Source: Lytechinus pictus
Lineage: Eukaryota
Assembly: GCF_037042905.1 (NCBI RefSeq)
Contig: NC_087258.1
Coordinates: forward strand, 20,832,001 to 20,896,000
DNA: 64,000 nucleotides
Direction of reading: 5' to 3'
Shown here in pieces: positions 13,421 to 25,447 of this stretch. The notes beneath the pieces were generated by a model, which did not search any database, was not told the DNA's origin, and was given only the letters and a program-made list of their open reading frames with translations. Each line of letters starts with the position of its first letter. Position 1 is the first letter of the stretch. The position numbers were made by a program, and so were the translations under genes.

Positions 13421-14025
13421 AGGTCAAATCCACCCAGAAAAATATTGATTTGAATCAATATAGCAAAACCAGACAAGCATAATGCCGAAAATTTCACCCA
13501 AATCGGATGTAAAATAAGAAATTTATGACATTTTGAAGTTTCGTTTATTTTTAAAAAAATAGTTATATGCACACTTTAATTAGTCACGTGCAAAATTAAC
13601 AAGAGACTCGATGATGTCCCTCAGTCACTATTTCTTTTTTTTATTGTTTTTACTTATACAATATTTCAATTTTTACAGATTTGAAAATAAGGACAAACTT
13701 GACTGAGCAATAAAATGTTAAACAATGGTAATTCCACATGTTCAGGGAGAAATAAAACTTTGTTTCACAGAACAATGGGGAGAAAATTAGAACATTTCAT
13801 ATTTGATGTAATAAAATACAAAAGAAAAAGTGAGTAAGTGATGCCATCAGTTCCCTCATTTGCATACTAACCGGTATGTGCATTGAAATGTTTTATGAAA
13901 TTAAGCGAAACTTAAAAATGTCATAACTTATTGTACATCCGAATTTTATAAAATTTTCAGCGTTATGCTTATTGGATTTTTCTCTTTTTATTCAAATCAA
14001 CTTTTTGTTGGGGTGGACTTGTCCT
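13421..14025. mobile_element. TTAA-targeting (Kolobok-like) MITE
   Basis: TTAA|AGGTCAAATCCACCC ... GGGTGGACTTGTCCT|TTAA; absent from the paralogous intron of copy 1 (~1100-1115). Confidence 0.85.
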
Positions 14026-14104
14026 TTAATGATATTTGTTATTTTCACCTTAATTCAATATTTCCAAATTCGTTGTTTTTATTTATCACACTTTCAATTT
14101 GTAG

Positions 14105-15352
14105 GTGAAGGACCTTGCCCAGCGGTGTGCCGACAAGAAAGCAGAGCTGGAGAAGAACATTCAGAACATAGAAATACAACGTCATGAGGTACACACTGCA
14201 GTGCAGACACTACTAGATGATGTCAGGCAAGCCTACAGCATCAAGGCCAAGGAGCTGGAAGAAAATCTTCGAAATCTCACCGAGCAAATACATGCCTTAA
14301 AGCATAGTTTTGATGACGACCTCAACGTCCTGAAGTCAAAATATCGACAGAGGATCAAGAGTATTTGTAGTTCAATTACTTTGGTAGACAATGACAGACT
14401 GTGTCATCTTGAGACAGACACTCTATCTGCTCATATCTTGCTCTGTGAGGAGCTGGATGCCATGCTGAAGGAGGTTACTGATCACACTTCTGCGGAAGCT
14501 ATCAAGAAGAAAGCACAGGAGAAGAGGTTCAAACCAGCAGATGATACTCGTCTTGACCTCGGGAGTATCTCAGGATCAGATCCCAAGATGGAAGTCATTC
14601 AGTGTGTTGATCTACGGGGAGTGATGCTCGGTATGGCACGGTACTCCCCTAGCACTGTCGCTATCGGGTATGGGGATTATGCACAAGGTATTGATATCAT
14701 TGATTCAAATGGCGGAAAGCAGCAGTATAGAAACGCACCCTTAAGTGACATGTATTGGTATGATCTGGCGTTGCAACGGGACGGGGCGTTATGCGTGTCG
14801 ACTGGTTCTACAGAGGCCCACATCTATTCTCCCCTTGGCTCCAGGAAAGCAACAATCCACGTGAGAAACAATACTATTTGTCTCAGAGTTAACAGTAGTC
14901 CATCAGATGAAATCATTATTACTAACTTTGAAAAACGAGTCTATATCTATGACCCGACAGGATCCACTCTTAAACACACTGTTCGAACAAAGCACATTAC
15001 GTGGCAGGCATCTACCACCAGGACGGGTTTGATCGTCACGAGTTCATGTTGGTACAATCCAAGCGTGGTGACGGTCTATGACAGGGATGGGAATGCTGGT
15101 GAGTCTCTACAAGCTCCAGAGGATGTCCACCTTTATGATGCCGTGGATGAGCAGGACAGGGTGTATGTAGCGAGTGTTGATAAGAAGAATAGTAGCGTCG
15201 TGATCAGGCTCTATGATCTTGATGGTCTGAACCTGAAGGAAAGAGTTGTGTTCAATGCATTTAATACGACATTGGTTTGTAATTGGTCTTACTTGGTTTC
15301 CCTCTCCCCAGACATGCTCGCCTTTGCTTGTGACAAAAAGTTACCCAGGTAA
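14105..15352 (+). CDS. TRIM-like paralogue 2, exon 2 (coiled coil + beta-propeller), C-terminus truncated by transposon (ends KKLPR* instead of KKLYFIKVSL*)
   Basis: Acceptor tttgtAG|GTG at 14104/14105; in frame with exon 1; displaced native end TACTTCATCAAGGTATCACTGTAA (YFIKVSL*) at 21885-21908. Confidence 0.9.
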   Translation: MKDLAQRCADKKAELEKNIQNIEIQRHEVHTAVQTLLDDVRQAYSIKAKELEENLRNLTEQIHALKHSFDDDLNVLKSKYRQRIKSICSSITLVDNDRLCHLETDTLSAHILLCEELDAMLKEVTDHTSAEAIKKKAQEKRFKPADDTRLDLGSISGSDPKMEVIQCVDLRGVMLGMARYSPSTVAIGYGDYAQGIDIIDSNGGKQQYRNAPLSDMYWYDLALQRDGALCVSTGSTEAHIYSPLGSRKATIHVRNNTICLRVNSSPSDEIIITNFEKRVYIYDPTGSTLKHTVRTKHITWQASTTRTGLIVTSSCWYNPSVVTVYDRDGNAGESLQAPEDVHLYDAVDEQDRVYVASVDKKNSSVVIRLYDLDGLNLKERVVFNAFNTTLVCNWSYLVSLSPDMLAFACDKKLPR

Positions 15353-18300
15353 CAAGCCAACGTTGGCTCCACGTTGGAAACTTGAAAGTCGTTGGACGTT
15401 GGGAAAACTTGATGGATTAACGTTGAATCGACGTTGGAAACTAGTTTGATGGAAAGATGATGGACAATCAACAATGACACGACGTTGGCAACGTTGGAAA
15501 CTTGTTAGTCGGAGAGTTGTTGGACAGTCGACAATGTCACAACGTTGGAAACACGTTTGATTGGATAGTTGTTGAACAGCCAGCAAAGGCACAACGTTGG
15601 CAACGTTGGAAACTAGTTCGCTGGAAAGTTGTTGAACAACCGACAATGGCACAACGTTGACAAAGTTGGAAACTAGTTTGTTGGAGATTTGTTGGACGGT
15701 CGACAATGGCACAACGTTGGAGACTAGTAAGTTGGAGAGTTGTTGGACAGTCGACAATGTCACAACGTTGGAGACACGTTTGATTGGAAAGTTGTTGACA
15801 GCCAGCAAAGACACAACGTTGGCAACGTTGGAAACTAGTTCGCTGGAAAGTTGTTGAACAATCAACAATGACACGACGTTGGCAACGTTGGAAACTTGTT
15901 AGTTGGAGAGTTGTTGGACAGTCGACAATGGCACAACGATGGAAATTAGTAGGTTGGAGATTAGTTGGATAGTCAACGATGACACAAGGTTGGCAGCGTT
16001 GGAAACTAGTTCGATGGAAAGTTGTTGAACAACCAACTATGGCACAATTAACGTTGTCAAAGCTAGAAACTAGTTCGATGGAGATTTGTTGGATAGTCGA
16101 CGATGGCACAACGTTGGAAACTGGTAGATTGGAGATTAGTTAGATAGTATACAATGACACAACGTTGATAAAGCTGGAAACTAGTTAGATGGAAAGTTGT
16201 TGAACAACTGACACTGGCACAACGTTGGAAACTGGTAGATTGGAGATCAGTAGGATAGTCGACGATGACACAACGTTGGCAACGTTGGAAAGTTGTTGAA
16301 CAACAGACAATGGCACAACATTGGAAACTAGTGTGTTGGAGATTTGTTGGACAGCCAACAACGTCACAACGTTGGAAACGCGTGTTTGATTGGATAGGTG
16401 TTGAACAGCCAACAAAGGCACAGCGTTGACTACGTCGGAAACTAGTTCGATGGAGAGTTGCTGAACAACCGACAAAGGAACAACGTTGGAAACTATTTTC
16501 TTGGAGATTTGTTGGACAGTCGACAATGGCACAACGTTGACAAAGTTGGAAACTAGTTTGATGGAGAGTTGTTGAACAACGGACAATGGCACAACGTGGA
16601 CAGCGTAATTGGAATAGTTTATTGGACAGTTAACATTGACACAATGTTGGAAACTATAGTTTGTTGGATATTTGTTTGACAGTCAACATAATATCCCGGC
16701 ATAATATACACAGTGTTGAGAACGTTAGAAACTGGTTCATTGGAGAATTGATAATTGATAAAGTTGGCGGAGTACAGCAAGTCTGCATATGCCGACTTAA
16801 CCCAAGACAAGACAAGACTATACTGGCATAGTTTCCAATGGGGCCAAGGGGGGGGGGGTCGATAAAGTAAGTTTGCTTGTCTATCCATGTCACCCTTGGT
16901 ATCCCCCAGCAATAAGGGGAAAAGAAATCGAGAGAGAAGGAAAATAATGGGAAGGGAAAGAGGAACTAAAACTAAGTCTAAGGGGAAAACAAAAATAAAG
17001 ATGGGGTAGAATAGAGAGGCTGCATGCACCTGGGGATGCAAATGTGTCGATTAATATAGAAAATAAAGAAGAAAAACAAGAAAAAAATGTAGTTCAAGAC
17101 CAGAATTTCCAGAAACGCCCTCGTCGATCCTTTGCAGCTGGCAAGGCCTTTCACAGTAAGTACGAGATATGTCATAGGCCTACCGTCACATAACTAGAAG
17201 AAATTGAAGAAGGAAATACAAGCATCAAATGTGCCTATTTAAAAATACCATACTATTCTGATGCGCAGAATTAGTCGCGACGTCGGACTCCTTCTGTCAT
17301 GTCTGTGTAGTCTGCTTCCTTCAATTTTGAACTTGAAGAATCTGGCAGAATTTGGACTGGATAGTGGATATAGATAAGTAAATTCCAGAATATCTAGTGA
17401 TCTGGAACAGTACTTATAAGCTGTATATTTAGGACCTACAATCTACAGTTGAATTTTCTTTGTACTTGCAGATAATCGGTAACTGCAACCATTGATCCCC
17501 TCCGAAAGATCACGGAGTCAGCTTCTGTGTGCGTACAGTCCGACGCAAGTATATTTGTGTACCGTAAGTAGTAGTAAAGTAGTACTTAACACCAGTCACT
17601 GCACAGTATAACATACTAATTAACCTCGTAATTAGCTTGTGTGAGTGACTAATACTAACCTCGCAATACGTGTGAGTGGGAACGAGTATGCGATACCAAT
17701 GGCAAGGCAACAGTCATTGGATGATTTTCAAAATTCAAGTACAGTGTTGAAATCTGATATCTGGTGTTGGTGTAACCCACTCCTAGTACCAATGAGGTCC
17801 AACATTACATGTATGGACCTCATAGGCGACATCAGTAGTATTTTTGGTTAGAAATCTCTGAGAACAGGATATTTAGGCAATTATATCACAAGTACAAGCT
17901 CTATTCCTTTCTCTTATTTAAATTATAATTTTATAGTGTAAATGCATCGTTAGCAACAACAAAAAATGAAAGAAATGAAGGGGAACTTACATTTTCACGG
18001 CTTTTTCCTGATTTTCTGGGCAGCTGCTCTTCTCTTCTGACTCGCGATCGAAGCTGATATGAAGATCACGTGATTCGCGTTCTCGTCAGCTGATCGGTTG
18101 GTTATTCTTTTTGTCAGACGTTAATAATATATATTTTATAATGCTAGCATTCATCGCTAATTTAGGTGAAAGAGATTGAAGTTAAACAGCGCCAGGTCGG
18201 AATCATAATTATTTTGGAAGAGTGTATTTATACACTCGATCTCATACCTGACGTAGACGGCGCTATTCAACAAATGCACAATCTTCAATATAAAAAATAA

Positions 18301-21300
18301 AACAGAAAGAACGCCTTGAACACAGGCCAAAATGCCTAACGATTTATCCGCGGCATTAACAACTATCGTAAAGGGCGCTCCATTTATCAATAAAGATGGA
18401 CGCTAAGCTGTCTATGGCGACAAAATTTGCCGCAAATATTTACGAAGAATTGTGAGAAATGGTCTGAAAATGCAACAAAAGAACCGGTGAGTACCGATTA
18501 AACATTATTAAAGTTATAAATAGATTATACATACCTTGTAGATTTAGTTTTTAAGGTGATATTAGTGCTTAGTTCTAAGCTAGGGAGGCCCAAACGCGCG
18601 TGAGTGGAGTCCCAGTTTATTAGCACGGGTAAGTATTGGGGTGTCGCCTAGAGTGGGTGTAACCCAGGCACCCAAGGGTTCATTACATGCCGCCGCGCAC
18701 AGAAAAATCAAGCCATAGAAGTCGTGTGTTGTGGACCCAAGAAGTGAGATCCCAGCACGTGCGACCCACTAGTAAGAAATCCACTGCCAAACGCGGTTCG
18801 TGGTGCGAGGTTAGTATACTAATACTAACCTGGCAATACGTGTGAGTGTACTAATACTAACCTGGCAATACGTGTGAGTGTAACCCAGGGAGCTCCGGCC
18901 CGCTGCGCGGGCCGGAGCCCAGGGGCTTACCGTGTAATTCACCATACCCACGGTAGTAGCGTGAAGTATGGTCTAAATAATTATCCGAATAAATAGTTAA
19001 AACAGAAATTAAGCACTTACCACGATTATATGGATGAAGGTCTAACGAGTGGCAGCTTCCTGACATCGAGGCACAGACTGGAACCTAAAAAACGAAAAGT
19101 TCTGTCGCGGTAGCTCTCCTCTTTCAGAATTCAAAACAAAATGGCCGATTGAGACCGAGACTAATAGCACTAGTGCATTAGTATACATCTCTATGATATA
19201 GACTTTGTCAAATTCGCGCATGCGCCCTACACCCTCGGTACCGGTCTCGAACGGCCATTTTGCTATGAATTCTGAAAGAAGGAGAGCTACCGCGACATAA
19301 CTTTTTCGTTTTTTGAGGTTCCAGTCTGTGCCTCGATGTCGGGAAGCTGCCAATCGTTAGACCTTCATCCATATAATCGTGGTAAGTGCTTAATTTCTGT
19401 TTTAACTATTTATTCGGATAATTATTTAGACCATACTTCACGCTACTACCGTGGGTATGGTGAATTACACGGTAAGCCCCTGGGCTCCGGCCCGCTGAGC
19501 GGGCCGGAGCTCCCTGGGTTAGTGTTGGTGTTGTGACAACACCGTACTTGAATCAGGCTGGTGTTAAGATTGACCTCGGAAAATATGGTGTATTTCCGGC
19601 AGTTTGTGTTGAAGGCTGGTGTTGATTGTCATCTGCTGAACCCAACACTGCACTGTGGCTGCATGGTGTTGATGATCTACAAGCAATTTCCCCATTCAGC
19701 AACACCGACGTACCCCAGGGATTGGGAGAATCGTGATTTAAAGTTCAGTGTTGGTGTTGATGAACTGTAGCTTAATTACGAACAGGGGGCGAACACGACG
19801 AACCATCTCCGTAAAATTATCTTTTACATTTAAGATGAGAGCAAATAATATTACGCTTGGTGTTGGAGCTCAGTTCAGCAGCCCTTTCACGCTCTCAACA
19901 CCGTACACCGTACTTGAAATCACCCAAATGACTTGCTACCTGGCATTCCTGCCTTATTTATTATACGCTGCCTTGAATTGACTTGGTCGGTCCTGCCTGG
20001 CCTAGCCTGGACCGAGTGTTTTCCAACTGCAGTCAAACCTGTAGTTGCTATGTGAGGCATGCTACACTTGACGCTGAAATATCATTTAATAGTTATGGCA
20101 CGAGCGAGACTAGGCCATGGCCATGCATATTGAGATATCAGTTGACTTCTATCTTAATCAAAAAGAGGCACTCTTTAGTTACAGTAGGCAGTAGCTACGT
20201 TACTCTGAGTGAGGCCAAGTTACGCGACCTCCTTTTTTGATTTTGTAAATACTGAGAGACTGCAATTACACATGTGAGTTTTTGTGATGATTACTGACGT
20301 TGCAATTGGCATTGCATACCGAGTCATTAAACAATTGTAGACAGAAACAGAGATTGCAACTCGCAAGAAAATGTAATACATCTTAATTTTTATTACATAT
20401 GCATATGTTTTTTTGGTATTAGTCTTGTTTGAGAAAAAGAGGATGTCAAAAAAGTTTGAATGCTACAAAGGCCTCAATAAATATCACACGTAATTATCTT
20501 GATTTCTCTTAATTATGTGAAGAGACTTGTAACAGAAAGAATGAAAAGAAATGAATAGCTGTAATAATAGTTGTAATGTTTTTTGATAGAATCATGAACA
20601 GATTACAGATGATGATGGCACAGTGTTGAAAACTGTTTGATGGAGATGGCGCATCATTGGATTTGTTTAGAATTAGACCAACAAAGAATCAACGTTACAA
20701 CAACATTTAACCGATATTAGACAAACATTGAATCAACGTTTACGCCAACGTTGGACTAACATTGGACTAAAGTTGAATCAACTTTCCATCAACATTGGAC
20801 CAACATTATACCAACGTTGGATCAACGTCACCCAACGTTGGACCAACATTGGACCAACGCTGCCATACCTGCCTCATCTGGACAATGATTATGCACTCAT
20901 GAATATTCATTACATCAGTAAATGACCAAAATTTTAGGTAATATTGCTATAATAATTAGAGTATTTATGTTTATTCAATATTTCCACCATGAAAAGTTTC
21001 AGAAAAGTATGTGGCTCCATTACCATATCATATATAATCAAAACATATTATTCTAAGTGAAATATTCAAGGTTAAGTGTGGAAAATGATATTAACTGTAT
21101 TCTGCCAAGTATAGCAAAGTTGCTCTATATATAGGAGTCAATGACAGGATACAGTGGATAGGTGTAGGATGATAGGAATAGGATATAGGATTAGGATGTA
21201 GGATTTTAGGATAGGATAAGACATATGATGATAAACATTTGAGTGTAGAGTTGTAATGGTGGACTTCACCTTGAAACCAATTAATGTTTTGTTAATTACT

Positions 21301-21882
21301 GCCATACGTTGGAATAACGTTGGAGCAATGTTGGAGCAACGTTGTGACAACGTTGTAACAATGTTGGAGCAATGTTGCCAGACAACGTTGGAGCATTGTT
21401 GCTGGACAGCGTTGAACCAACGTTGTAAACATAGTTGGACTGACGATGTATGCAAGTGCACGTCCATCGCTGCTTCAACGTTGCCCATCAACGTTGCAGC
21501 AACGCTGTTATTGATGACTCAGCCGACATTATACCAACGTTGGAGCATTGATGGTGGACAACGTTGAACTGACGTTGGAAATGTTGTTGGTCTGACGATG
21601 TATGGACGTGCACTTCTATCGATGATACAACGTTGCTTACCAACGTTGTAGCAATGTTGTATTTGACTATTTAGCCAACATTGGATCAACGTTGCCAGAC
21701 AACGTTGAAACATTGTTGCTGGACAACGTTGAACTAACGTTGGAAATGTTGTTGGTCTGACGATGTATGCGCGTGCACTTCTATCGATGATGCAACGTTG
21801 GCCTGCCAACGTTGAGGCAACGTTGGGAAAAAATTTCCCAACGTTGATCCAACGTTGGTCCAACGCTGTATTGTTACCTGGG
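15344..21882. mobile_element. Non-autonomous EnSpm/CMC-type DNA transposon (6539 bp)
   Basis: 12-bp TIR CCCAGGTAACAA / TTGTTACCTGGG; TA TSD (15342-43, 21883-84); dense subterminal AACGTT(GG) arrays at 15355-16730, 20690-20870 and 21300-21870; empty site visible in paralogue 1; no transposase ORF. Confidence 0.92.
18881..19521. mobile_element. Foldback MITE with ~275-bp TIRs (possibly Academ-like), nested in the 6.5-kb element
   Basis: TAACCCAGGGAGCTCCGGCCCG... at 18881 is the near-perfect reverse complement of ...CGGGCCGGAGCTCCCTGGGTTA at 19521; flanked by GTG/GTG (or AGTGT if the ends are AACC/GGTT). Confidence 0.85.
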
Positions 21883-22279
21883 TATACTTCATCAAGGTAT
21901 CACTGTAATCCACGTTATATCACACCATAGTATGGAAACTGACATGCTTTCATTCTTCCACAAATCTACTTTAACACGTTTTGATATTTAGTATTGCATG
22001 TATATTACGATGTGATATCTTTTTCCAATAACAAAAATCAGTTAATGTGATATAGATACAATACATTTTAATTTGTAGAAAATATGTTAATTGAAAAAAG
22101 ACCATGTTTTGCAACCAGAAGCTGGATAAAACATGTAAATTTTTATATTCCATTCGACAATATTCGAGGGATACAAGTGATAAATAAAATGAATAAATTA
22201 ATGAAGTGTAAAAATCATACGCTACTTTGCACCAATTTTCCGAGTATTGTGTACACTGTTTAGTCTGGAAAAAACCATT

Positions 22280-23956
22280 GGCCTATCATGCTATCATTGT
22301 AATTATCAAGTGATAGAAGGCCTATCATGCTATCATTGTAATTATCAAGTGATAGAAGGCCTATCATGCTATTATTGTAATTATCAAGTGATAGAAGGCC
22401 TATCATGCTATCATTGTAATTATCAAGTGATAGAAGGCCTATCATGCTATCATTGTAATTATCAAGTGATAGAAGGCCTATCATGCTATCATTGTAATTA
22501 TCAAGTGATAGAAGGCCTATCATGCTATCATTGTAATTATCAAGTGATAGAAGGCCTATCATGCTATTATTGTAATTATCAAGTGATAGAAGGCCTATCA
22601 TGCTATCATTGTAATTATCAAGTGATAGAAGGCCTATCATGCTATCATTGTAATTATCAAGTGATAGAAGGCCTATCATGCTATTATTGTAATTATCAAG
22701 TGATAGAAGGCCTATCATGCTATCATTGTAATTATCAAGTGATAGAAGGCCTATCATGCTATCATTGTAATTATCAAGTGATAGAAGGCCTATCATGCTA
22801 TTATTGTAATTATCAAGTGATAGAAGGCCTATCATGCTATCATTGTAATTATCAAGTGATAGAAGGCCTATCATGCTATCATTGTAATTATCAAGTGATA
22901 GAAGGCCTATCATGCTATCATTGTAATTATCAAGTGATAGAAGGCCTATCATGCTATCATTGTAATTATCAAGTGATAGAAGGCTTATCATGCTATCATT
23001 GTAATTATCAAGTGATAGAAGGCCTATCATGCTATCATTGTAATTATCAAGTGATAGAAGGCTTATCATGCTATTATTGTAATTATCAAGTGATAGAAGG
23101 CCTATCATGCTATCATTGTAATTATCAAGTGATAGAAGGCCTATCATGCTATCATTGTAATTATCAAGTGATAGAAGGCCTATCATGCTATCATTGTAAT
23201 TATCAAGTGATAGAAGGCCTATCATGCTATTATTGTAATTATCAAGTGATAGAAGGCTTATCATGCTATCATTGTAATTATCAAGTGATAGAAGGCCTAT
23301 CATGCTATTATTGTAATTATCAAGTGATAGAAGGCCTATCATGCTATTATTGTAATTATCAAGTGATAGAAGGCTTATCATGCTATCATTGTAATTATCA
23401 AGTGATAGAAGGCCTATCATGCTATCATTGTAATTATCAAGTGATAGAAGGCCTATCATGCTATCATTGTAATTATCAAGTGATAGAAGGCCTATCATGC
23501 TATCATTGTAATTATCAAGTGATAGAAGGCCTATCATGCTATCATTGTAATTATCAAGTGATAGAAGGCCTATCATGCTATCATTGTAATTATCAAGTGA
23601 TAGAAGGCCTATCATGCTATCATTGTAATTATCAAGTGATAGAAGGCCTATCATGCTATTATTGTAATTATCAAGTGATAGAAGGCTTATCATGCTATTA
23701 TTGTAATTATCAAGTGATAGAAGGCCTATCATGCTATCATTGTAATTATCAAGTGATAGAAGGCCTATCATGCTATCATTGTAATTATCAAGTGATAGAA
23801 GGCCTATCATGCTATCATTGTAATTATCAAGTGATAGAAGGCCTATCATGCTATTATTGTAATTATCAAGTGATAGAAGGCTTATCATGCTATCATTGTA
23901 ATTATCAAGTGATAGAAGGCCTATCATGCTATTATTGTAATTATCAAGTGATAGAA
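22280..23956. repeat. 39-bp minisatellite, 43 copies
   Basis: Unit GGCCTATCATGCTATCATTGTAATTATCAAGTGATAGAA; 1677 bp = 43 x 39; only two variable positions (both C/T). Confidence 0.98.
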
Positions 23957-25447
23957 AAATTAATAACGTAAAAACCAAAATCTATGTAAAAATTTCAAGT
24001 TATTGAAAATATAACTAAATAATCAGCAAATGTAGTTAAAAATAAATCAAGAGAATTATTATAAAACATACTAATGAAAATATTTACAGTACATATAAGG
24101 GGTAAGGGGTACATGTGTCGCAACCAGAAGCTGGCTAAAACATGTAAATTTTGATATTAATTTCGACAATATTCGATGATAAAAGTGATAGATAAAATGA
24201 ATCAATTAATGAAGTATAACATTCGTACGTTAATTTGCACCAATTTTCCGAGTATTGAATATACAATTTCGTCTGCAACAAACACAGGCATACCGTGCTT
24301 ATTATTGTAATTATCAAGTGATAGCAAAATTAGTAACTTAAAAACCGAAATATAACTAAGCATTTATTGAAAATATAACAAAGTAATCAGCAAACATTAT
24401 TAAAAATATATCAAGAGAATTACTATGATACATACTAATGAATATATTTACAGTGCATAAGGGGTATAAACGTAACATAAGCAGAAAGACTACCCTCTAC
24501 AGTATTATACCATTTTGCTTTCACATCATGCGAAGTATTCGTACCATCATTCTCATGCCTATTCGCTATTTATTTTTGATAATTATGTGATCTTCTCCAA
24601 GAGGGAAAGATATCCCAACCGCTGATAACCTATTAACCATTTATTTGAAAAAAGAAATATTTGCTGGTAAAGACTTTTTTTGTAGGTACCGTTTCAGAAT
24701 AGTGTTCAAAATATACTATTTTGCATTTCTTTGTTTTAAGAATGTATACAAGACATCTGAAGAATAACATTGTTTTCAGTCTTCTTTGAAATTGTCATAA
24801 TTCCCTCTGAATATGAATGAAAGCAATATAATGGTATTTTGTATATTAGTGAACAGAGATATGAATAGACGCACATTCATTTTGTGAATAGATACATTTA
24901 GATATAAATGTCTTAATTAATCTTAATTATTATATGCAAGATATCGAAGATCATAATACTGCATATACGAAATATATTTAGGTATAAAATACCAGGCTTA
25001 CAATATCTCTATAGTATTATGGTACAGAGAAGTTTAAGATGTTGCAGTCACATTTCCACTACGGCCGCCGTACGGCGAGTCGAAAACAGCCGTTTTATCT
25101 AATTGTATATTCAAATCACAGCTGGTACAAACAATGTTAAAACGGCTGTTTTTGACTCATGTAAATATCACGATTTATATTTTAGAAATTCATGCTATCG
25201 AGTAACTGCTCTCTCAGAGGTTAGTCAATGAGATTATCTTGTGTATAGTTATCTAGTACCTTGTTTAGAACGATTCTGTGTATCATGGGTGTCGATTTGT
25301 GCTGTGAATCTATTGTTCAAGGGGGGGGGGGGTGGTCTATTGTTTCATCCCCCACTTGAATAGTATGACGTCATGGATCGACACCAATGCTGTTTATCCA
25401 AAGGGAAAGAGTTCTTTAAAAGTAAATTAATGAAAATGTTATAGTGT

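Noticed and set aside
15341-16592. Repetitive ORFs (VSNVV.., FQRCQR..)
   Set aside because: They are translations of the AACGTT subterminal arrays of the transposon.
15344-21882. 6.5-kb element as a deletion derivative of the 14-kb EnSpm element
   Set aside because: The TIRs differ (CCCAGGTAAC vs CACTCTTAAA) and so do the subterminal motifs (AACGTT vs TTACCCAA); at most they share a superfamily.
22247-23978. 574-aa CxxC-repeat ORF (+) and 572-aa LRR-like ORF (-)
   Set aside because: Both arise from a 39-bp stop-free unit. There is no synonymous variation pattern, the starts are non-ATG, and the ancestral monomer is non-coding.
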